A stretch of 64,000 nt of DNA. Source: an uncultured Rikenellaceae bacterium. Its GTDB lineage: Bacteria; Bacteroidota; Bacteroidia; Bacteroidales; VadinHA17. The translations under genes were made by a program, and so were the position numbers. Location: positions 438,721 through 502,720 of the forward strand of contig CAWDHN010000012.1 of assembly GCA_963802145.1 (NCBI GenBank), written 5' to 3'. Of the stretch, positions 57,408-64,000 are shown one piece after another. The notes under the pieces are model-generated. The model was not told where the DNA came from and searched no databases. It worked only from the letters and a program-made list of their open reading frames with translations. How positions within the stretch are numbered: position 1 is the first letter of the stretch; every line of letters begins with the position of its first letter.

Positions 57408-58613
57408 ATGAAAAAGTTTCCGTTATTATTAGTCATGATGATTGCAGGCGTGATGGCACTCACCTCCTGCGAAAAGGGCGCCGAGCTCTATGATGTGTCC
57501 ATAACAGCCTTCTATCCTGAAGGATACGGGACAGAAAAAGTAGCCAGTCAGGAGATCAAAGTCAAGAATACCCTGACAGGGATCGAAATCACTGCAACAA
57601 CTGACGCAACCGGTGTTGCGCAGACAGAACTGGAGGAGGGGATGTACACCATACAGGCCACCCTGGAGACAGATGATTTCTACTTCAACGGTATAACCGA
57701 GAACCTTACCGTCAGTACCAGTGCCGTAAACAACTGGGAGATCCATATGATTGCCTCCTCCAAAGCGGGCGGACTGGTGCTCAAGGAGATCTATTACACA
57801 GGCTCCAAGACTGAGGCAGGGAGTAATTACTATTCGGATCAGTTCCACGAGATCTACAACAACAGTGACGAAGTTATCTATCTTGACGGCCTGTGTATCG
57901 GCCTGCTTGAGCCGATTGGCACTTCTCCTACCGTGTGGGTCAATCAGGATGGATCAATAATGGACAGGCTGCCGATAGCTTACCATGCGTTGATGTTTCC
58001 CGGCACCGGCCAGCAGTACCCGATACAGCCCAGGACAAGTGTGGTCCTCGCAATGGATGCAATCGACCATAAGACAGACCCTCTGGGTAACCCACTCTCC
58101 CCTGTGAACATGGCAAGCGCACAGTTTGAGGCTTTCATTGAAGCTCCGGGTAAGGACACTGATTCTCCGCAGGCTGCTAACCTGATCGTAATGTATACAA
58201 CCTCTGCTTCAATGTATGACTGGCTCCATTCAGTGAATGGCGCTGCAGTTGTGCTGTTCAGACTCCCTACCGGTCTTAACTATGCGAGTTTTGCCGCCAA
58301 TCCGGATAATTTTATGACGAAACCGGGCACAACATCAGCCACTCAATACTTTATGGTACATAAAGACTGGGTGATCGACGGTGTTGAATGCAACCGTCCG
58401 GAGGAGGACAAGAGATTCAAGCGTCTTCCTACATCGGTTGACGCAGGCTGGACATGGAGCCTTGCCACCTACAACAGCAAGAGCGTGAGAAGGAAAGTTG
58501 AGAAGATTCTCGATGGAAAGGTATTCTACAAGGATACAAATAACTCGACCAACGACTTCCTCATCGATCAGACTCCGACTCCTTTTGTCCATCCAACTTC
58601 TGTGGATCTGTAG
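57408..58613 (+). CDS. DUF4876-like surface lipoprotein
   Basis: LTSC lipobox; GLVLKEIYYTGS..YYSDQF.EIYNNSDE.IYLDGL; DTNNSTNDF. Confidence 0.8.
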   Translation: MKKFPLLLVMMIAGVMALTSCEKGAELYDVSITAFYPEGYGTEKVASQEIKVKNTLTGIEITATTDATGVAQTELEEGMYTIQATLETDDFYFNGITENLTVSTSAVNNWEIHMIASSKAGGLVLKEIYYTGSKTEAGSNYYSDQFHEIYNNSDEVIYLDGLCIGLLEPIGTSPTVWVNQDGSIMDRLPIAYHALMFPGTGQQYPIQPRTSVVLAMDAIDHKTDPLGNPLSPVNMASAQFEAFIEAPGKDTDSPQAANLIVMYTTSASMYDWLHSVNGAAVVLFRLPTGLNYASFAANPDNFMTKPGTTSATQYFMVHKDWVIDGVECNRPEEDKRFKRLPTSVDAGWTWSLATYNSKSVRRKVEKILDGKVFYKDTNNSTNDFLIDQTPTPFVHPTSVDL

Positions 58614-58625
58614 TTTACACCAGGT

Positions 58626-58668
58626 GCAGTGTGCCGGAAACCGGTAAACCGCATGTCCGGCACACTGC
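58626..58668 (+). promoter_or_regulatory. intra-operon stem-loop (13-bp perfect stem, no long U tract)
   Basis: GCAGTGTGCCGGA-N17-TCCGGCACACTGC. Confidence 0.7.
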
Positions 58669-58695
58669 CTTAAAACAATTGAACTGATCCGGCTG

Positions 58696-60264
58696 ATGAA
58701 TAAATTAACCTCAATAATTATTGTGACCTCTTTGTTAGCCGCAGGGATGGGCTCAGGCGCGGCTGCCCAGGATAATGAAACGGCAGGCAGCAGTCTGTTT
58801 GAGACATTGCCGGTAGTTCTTCCCTGGACAGGCACATCGAATCCGGCAGCACTGGCTGATTATGACTTCGGCAACCATAGCCTTGTCCAGGCAGGGTATA
58901 ACTGGCAGAAGAGCGAAATCAGATTCATTCAGCAGCCTGATCTTACATCGGCCTACAATGTTGCCATAAAGGGATACAAACAGCTGGAAAAGATCATACT
59001 CTCCGGGTCATTCGGATACTCCAACTCCGCTTATGAAGGGGTAAACTATAACGGAACCATGATGTTCAACACTCTGAACCCTTATCTCCTCGGAGATACG
59101 GTGTCAGCCAGGCAGTCCATGGAAAGCTTTGACATGGAGGGGAAGATGAGCTACATTATGAACGATCGCATCAGCCTTGCTATTGGCGTTGAGTATCTGA
59201 CAGCTGTTGGTGCCAAACAGAAGGACCCTCGAAACAAGAATACGATTTCCTTGCTTAAAGTCACTCCTGGGGTGACCTATAATTTCGGAAAAACAAAAGT
59301 CGGACTTTCAGGGTCAGTTTATAACACCAGTGATGAGCTGTCTTACACGGTTGAAGGTAACTGGAACCAGAGCCTCTTTACCTTCCTGGGGCTGGGTTAC
59401 TACAGGCAGGAGCCAAATATCTCATCCTATACGCAATGGTATACAGGAAGGGGTTATGCCGGTTCGCTTCAGGCTTCGCACGATGGCGGCGATATATATC
59501 TGATTGGTGAACTCAGCTATGACCACTTCTCTGAGGAGGCCAGAACCGGCAGTTCATTGAGGCTCATCAACGGTATAGCCTCAACAAATGACATCTCTCT
59601 ATCAGGATTACTGAGAATTTCCGGCGAAAAGGCACAACACATTTTCTCCGTTACAGGTTCCTATCTGTCGGTCAGCGGCGACGAGATCCTCCAGCGGTCA
59701 TACACCGTCAACAAGGGCACCTATTCCTATGACTCGCTCGCAACTGTCAGCTGGATCGAGAACAAGCACATGATAAATGATATAGCAGGTGAACTGACTT
59801 ACTCTTACCTGGTCTTTGACAGCGACCGCAATATCGACCTGAAAGTGGGTGGAGCGCTTGATGCGAAATATTTTTCAACCGAACATTTCCCGGTTCAGAG
59901 CTACGGTTTTTATAACGTATTCAATATCGGTGTAAACATCTTTGCACGCAAGCTTTTCAGGTTTGGTACCCTGATGGTGACACCAGGGCTGGATGCAGGT
60001 TACCGTATGAACCTGGGCAGCGACATTTCATATGTGGTACAACCGTTGAGTGTACCGGATATGGTTTACCATGATTATTTTATCTCAAAGGCGGACGTAA
60101 TAAGTGCGGCAGTTTCTGTCAGGCTTGAGAAGCCCGTCATCGGCAACAAATTTATAAACTCATTGTTTCTATTGCCACAGGGCCGGTGGGCTGCGGCTCC
60201 CGGTTCCGAAGCCGGAAACCTGTCAGGTTACATGGTAAATGTTGTGGCCGGACTTACATTCTGA
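58696..60264 (+). CDS. outer membrane beta-barrel protein (DUF6850-like)
   Basis: Signal peptide, SNPAAL, GAKQKDPR..N motif, amphipathic strands, C-terminal F. Confidence 0.7.
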   Translation: MNKLTSIIIVTSLLAAGMGSGAAAQDNETAGSSLFETLPVVLPWTGTSNPAALADYDFGNHSLVQAGYNWQKSEIRFIQQPDLTSAYNVAIKGYKQLEKIILSGSFGYSNSAYEGVNYNGTMMFNTLNPYLLGDTVSARQSMESFDMEGKMSYIMNDRISLAIGVEYLTAVGAKQKDPRNKNTISLLKVTPGVTYNFGKTKVGLSGSVYNTSDELSYTVEGNWNQSLFTFLGLGYYRQEPNISSYTQWYTGRGYAGSLQASHDGGDIYLIGELSYDHFSEEARTGSSLRLINGIASTNDISLSGLLRISGEKAQHIFSVTGSYLSVSGDEILQRSYTVNKGTYSYDSLATVSWIENKHMINDIAGELTYSYLVFDSDRNIDLKVGGALDAKYFSTEHFPVQSYGFYNVFNIGVNIFARKLFRFGTLMVTPGLDAGYRMNLGSDISYVVQPLSVPDMVYHDYFISKADVISAAVSVRLEKPVIGNKFINSLFLLPQGRWAAAPGSEAGNLSGYMVNVVAGLTF

Positions 60265-60268
60265 AATT

Positions 60269-62419
60269 ATGAAGAACTTAATTGTTACAGCAGTGATGGC
60301 GTTGACCCTGTTAACGCCATCACTTTCTCAGCCCCTTAAAGGGGAATTTGCGATAATCGTTGACAGCCATTCTCTGAATACAGCAGGCGATGAAATAAAA
60401 CAATATGCCGCCGTCCTTCAGTCAGAAGGCCTGGATGCAGTGATCATTGAAGACCGCTGGCAACACCCTGACTCAATTAGGCTGCTTCTGCGCGAGATGT
60501 ACACCTCCAACAAAGGATTCGAGGGTGCTGTCTTTATCGGAGATATCCCGGTGCCTATGCTCCGTGATGCCCAGCATCTCACATCGGCATTTAAGATGGA
60601 CCAGGAGAGGTATCCATGGCACAGGTCGTCAATAGCATCTGACCGCTTCTATGAGGATTTTGACCTGCAGTTTGATTTTCTCAGGGCAGACACCAACGGG
60701 CTCTATTACTATTACAGTTTGAATCCGTCATCGGTACAGGTACTCACCCCGGATATCTACAGCGGCCGCATACGGATACCGGGTGACAGTGACGGCTCGA
60801 AGCTCAGGGCCTACATGACCAAGGTGGTTGAGGCACACAGAAACCCCGATAGGGTTGATGAGGTTCTGTTCTTTGCCGGTCATGGCTATAACTCCGAATC
60901 GATGACTGCCAGGATGGATGAGAAGGCTGCACTGCTTCAGCAGTTTCCGCAGCTGAACAGGCAGGACAACGGTCTCGAGTATATTGATTACACCTTTGAT
61001 GAGCATATCAAGAACCGCCTTCTGTCAGCCATGACCATTGAGCAGACTGACATAGCTCTTCTGCATCACCATGGGTCAACCGACGCTCAGCTGGCCGGTT
61101 CTGAGGCGGCTGCAAACGGTGTCCAGCAGAATATTGAAAGCATTAAATTTTACCTCCGCTCAAAGGTAAGGGGTGCCAAAGATACAACAGATGCCAAGAA
61201 GCGGTATATGGAGTGGCTGGATGTCCCTGATTTATGGTTTAAGGGGGCAAACGAGAAAATTCAGTCGGAAAAGGATTCGGCATGGTTTGCCGACATGGAT
61301 ATTATCTCTGCAGATTTGGTGAAATATGATGTCAAGACACGGTTCATCATGTTCGACGCCTGCTTCAACGGTTCCTTCCATGTGGATGAGTTTATCTCCG
61401 GCGCTTATGTGTTTGGTCCCGGACGTACTGTGGCTGCACAGGCAAACACCGTTAACTCGCTGCAGGATAAATTCCCGGATGAGATGGTGGGCTTACTCTC
61501 CTACGGTATGAGGGTGGGAGAGTGGAACCGCATGGTCTGTCTCCTTGAATCACATATAATTGGGGACCCCGCATTCAGGTTTGCCTCATCATACCCGAAA
61601 CTTGATGCAGACAAAATGATGCAGATCGCAGGCAACAATTCCAGGTTGGTTAAACTGGTCTCCTATCCTCATCCTGACGTTCAGAGCTGGGCACTCTGGC
61701 ACCTTAAGCGGAACGGTTACCCCGGCATCAGCAACATGTTGGCCGATAAGTACTTCAGCTCTCCATATGCCACTACCCGTGTTTCTGCCATGAAGCTGCT
61801 GGCGCAACTGCGTGATGACAACTTTGTACGAGTGACCTCTGCCGCACTTGATGATTTATATGAGCTTGCAAGGCGTTTTGCCGCGGTCTACTGCCAGGAG
61901 TCAGGCGACCCCCGCCTGGTGCCGGCACTCATCAGGTCAGTGACTGATCCCAATGTATCAAAAAGGGTGAATTATCAGGCTGCTGATGCACTGGCCTATT
62001 TTGACAGGGATTTGCTGATGCAGGAACTTGATAAAAGGTTTGCAGGCCTTGATACCTCAAATTATCTCGGAACTATTTACCGGCAGACAGCAGCAAATAT
62101 TGAAAAGAGGGCAAAGTCGTGCCGCGAGACCCTTGAGACCATAACGGGGTCTGACGTGACCGAAAAGAACAGGATTTTTGATATCAGGGCACTCCGGAAC
62201 CTGACCTATCACCCGCTTGTTGAGCCACTGTGCGACTACCTGCTCACAGCCCCCGGAGAAAAGCTGGAGGTAACGCTTGTGGAGGCCCTGGGCTGGTTCA
62301 GCCACAGTTACAAGAGACAGCATATAGTTGATACATGCAACAGGATCATCTCAGACACTGATAAGTTTGCGGAATCCGTCAGGCAGGAGGCTGTCAGGAC
62401 AATAAGACGCCTGCAATAA
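60269..62419 (+). CDS. gingipain (C25)-like cysteine peptidase domain + HEAT-like repeats, secreted
   Basis: AVFIGDIP, SDRFY, PDIYSGRI, HHHGS, FIMFDACFNGSF, IIGDP; helical repeat C-terminus; start ATG 60269. Confidence 0.75.
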   Translation: MKNLIVTAVMALTLLTPSLSQPLKGEFAIIVDSHSLNTAGDEIKQYAAVLQSEGLDAVIIEDRWQHPDSIRLLLREMYTSNKGFEGAVFIGDIPVPMLRDAQHLTSAFKMDQERYPWHRSSIASDRFYEDFDLQFDFLRADTNGLYYYYSLNPSSVQVLTPDIYSGRIRIPGDSDGSKLRAYMTKVVEAHRNPDRVDEVLFFAGHGYNSESMTARMDEKAALLQQFPQLNRQDNGLEYIDYTFDEHIKNRLLSAMTIEQTDIALLHHHGSTDAQLAGSEAAANGVQQNIESIKFYLRSKVRGAKDTTDAKKRYMEWLDVPDLWFKGANEKIQSEKDSAWFADMDIISADLVKYDVKTRFIMFDACFNGSFHVDEFISGAYVFGPGRTVAAQANTVNSLQDKFPDEMVGLLSYGMRVGEWNRMVCLLESHIIGDPAFRFASSYPKLDADKMMQIAGNNSRLVKLVSYPHPDVQSWALWHLKRNGYPGISNMLADKYFSSPYATTRVSAMKLLAQLRDDNFVRVTSAALDDLYELARRFAAVYCQESGDPRLVPALIRSVTDPNVSKRVNYQAADALAYFDRDLLMQELDKRFAGLDTSNYLGTIYRQTAANIEKRAKSCRETLETITGSDVTEKNRIFDIRALRNLTYHPLVEPLCDYLLTAPGEKLEVTLVEALGWFSHSYKRQHIVDTCNRIISDTDKFAESVRQEAVRTIRRLQ

Positions 62420-62471
62420 TATACCGGATAAGAGGGGCAGGCCAATTCCTCAGGCATAGTCCCTAATAACA

Positions 62472-62502
62472 GCAAAGACAGGCCACACGGGCCTGTCTTT
62501 GC
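62472..62502. terminator. bidirectional terminator hairpin
   Basis: GCAAAGACAGGCC-ACACG-GGCCTGTCTTTGC between convergent genes. Confidence 0.8.
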
Positions 62503-62528
62503 GTACAAAACATATTGATTTCGGATGT

Positions 62529-64000
62529 CTATTCTTCTTCCTCTTCTCCGGCGTAAGCCTTGATGACTGCATCCTGGACCTCTCCGGGAACCGGTGAATA
62601 CTCCGAGAACCTCATCGTGAACATCGCGCGGCCGCCGGTGAGCGAGCTGAGAGCCGTCGAGTACTTGTTCATCTCTGCCAGGGGAACCCTTGCCTTGATA
62701 ATCTCAAAACCCTTTTCGCTTGCCATGCCCAGAACCATTCCGCGGCGCCCCTGCAGGTCGCTGATCACATCACCCATGCGGTCGGAGGGAACCCATATCT
62801 CAACCTCATAGACCGGCTCAAGGATCTTCGGACCGGCGTTCTTGAAGGCGGTGCTGAAGGCATTACGGCCTGCCAGACGGAATGATATTTCGTTTGAATC
62901 AACCGGGTGCATCTTGCCGTCATAGACATAGACCCTGATGTCACGTGCATAGGAGCCGGTGAGCGGACCTACCTCCATCTTTTCCATTATGCCCTTGAGG
63001 ATTGCGGGCATGAAGCGTGCGTCAATGGAGCCGCCGACGATACAGTTCATGTATACAAGCTTGCCACCCCACGGAAGGTCAATCTCCTCCTTGTCGCGGT
63101 TGGCCAGCTTGATCTCCTTGCCGGCGATCTTCATCATCGACTTGGCTTCCGAACCCTCTTCAAAGGGCTCGATGATCATGTGAACCTCACCGAACTGACC
63201 TGCGCCGCCCGACTGCTTCTTGTGACGGTAGTCGGCCTGTGCCGTCTTGGTAATGGTCTCCCGGTATGGGATCTTCGGTGCGATATACTGGGTCTCGATC
63301 TTAAAGATATTGTCAAGATGCCATTTCAGTATATTGAGATGATATTCGCCCTGGCCGTGGATGATGATCTGCTTGAGCTCCTTGGAGTACTCGACGATGA
63401 TCGTCGGGTCTTCCTGGTGCATACGGTTGAGAGACTCGCCCATCTTCTCCTCGTCACTCTCGCTGAGAGGCTTGATGGCAGCGCGGTACTTGGGCTCGGG
63501 AAACTTCATGTTCTCATATGTCCAGTCGTTGCCCGGAGCATTGAGAGTATGATTTGTCTTGGTGTTCTTCAGCTTGACAAAGCCGCCTATGTCACCTGCA
63601 TGAATCTCGGGTACGCGTGTACGGTTCTTGCCTGCGCAGACGAAGATCTGCGAGAGTCGTTCCTTGGTTCCGTTGCTGGTGTTGATGACATCGAGGTTCT
63701 CACCTATCTTGCCTGACATCACCCTGAAGTAGTTGATCTCGCCTATGTGCTCCTCGAGTGTTGTCTTGAAGACGAAGACTGAGGCAGGTGCGGCAGGATT
63801 GCATTTCACCTCGGTGCCCTTCGAGTTCTTCGGGGCCGGCATGTCAGAAGGTGCGGGAGCGGACACAGCCGTGAAATCGAGCAGCCTGTCAACGCCTATA
63901 TTGCCTTTTGATGATACGCAGAAAACGGGAAACACACCCCTCTTCAGCAGTCCCTGGCTAAGACCGCGTCCAATCTCCTGCTCGGTGAGCTTGTCGTTGG
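62529..64000 (-). CDS. fusA2: elongation factor G paralog (EF-G2 type), 5'-truncated by window
   Basis: YRETI, HKKQSGGAGQFGEV, DGKMHPVDSNEISF, ILEP, DL..RRG; long insertion in domain IV; frame open to window end. Confidence 0.9.
   Translation of the reverse strand, partial: NDKLTEQEIGRGLSQGLLKRGVFPVFCVSSKGNIGVDRLLDFTAVSAPAPSDMPAPKNSKGTEVKCNPAAPASVFVFKTTLEEHIGEINYFRVMSGKIGENLDVINTSNGTKERLSQIFVCAGKNRTRVPEIHAGDIGGFVKLKNTKTNHTLNAPGNDWTYENMKFPEPKYRAAIKPLSESDEEKMGESLNRMHQEDPTIIVEYSKELKQIIIHGQGEYHLNILKWHLDNIFKIETQYIAPKIPYRETITKTAQADYRHKKQSGGAGQFGEVHMIIEPFEEGSEAKSMMKIAGKEIKLANRDKEEIDLPWGGKLVYMNCIVGGSIDARFMPAILKGIMEKMEVGPLTGSYARDIRVYVYDGKMHPVDSNEISFRLAGRNAFSTAFKNAGPKILEPVYEVEIWVPSDRMGDVISDLQGRRGMVLGMASEKGFEIIKARVPLAEMNKYSTALSSLTGGRAMFTMRFSEYSPVPGEVQDAVIKAYAGEEEEE

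Overview
A 64-kb chromosomal segment of a Bacteroidota (most likely Bacteroidales) bacterium. The assignment rests on TAnnTTTG promoters, the parA-parB-DUF5683-mltD order, a T9SS type-B CTD protein, a TPP riboswitch-TBDR-pnuC-thiN operon and an EF-G2-type fusA paralog. Most of the window is housekeeping and envelope genes. I see no rRNA, tRNA, CRISPR array, integrase or transposase. Five things stand out. (1) A ~14-kb, 11-gene locus (48186-62419) encodes an ECF sigma, a Cys-rich Spy/CnrX-like sensor, an anti-sigma-like protein, a 4Fe-4S/HMA membrane protein, an ABC system with degenerate ATPase motifs, a TonB receptor, a lipoprotein, a beta-barrel and a gingipain(C25)-like His/Cys protease with HEAT-like repeats. 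It looks like a metal-regulated machine for extracting metal or haem from proteins. (2) A dispersed AAATCGC/ATTTTCG heptamer repeat family occurs at three sites, one inside the signal-peptide coding region of glutaminyl cyclase, where it breaks the frame. (3) Tandem duplications recur at the junctions of convergent genes. (4) An SGNH-MBOAT-FIYFRF O-acetyltransferase fusion lies next to a lytic transglycosylase. (5) A CapA-family protein carries a 7x10-aa D-S/T O-glycosylation sequon array. Two genes (GH29 fucosidase and a TonB receptor) have +1 frameshifts in short homopolymers that may be sequencing errors. All family names come from motif recognition by eye; no database search was run.
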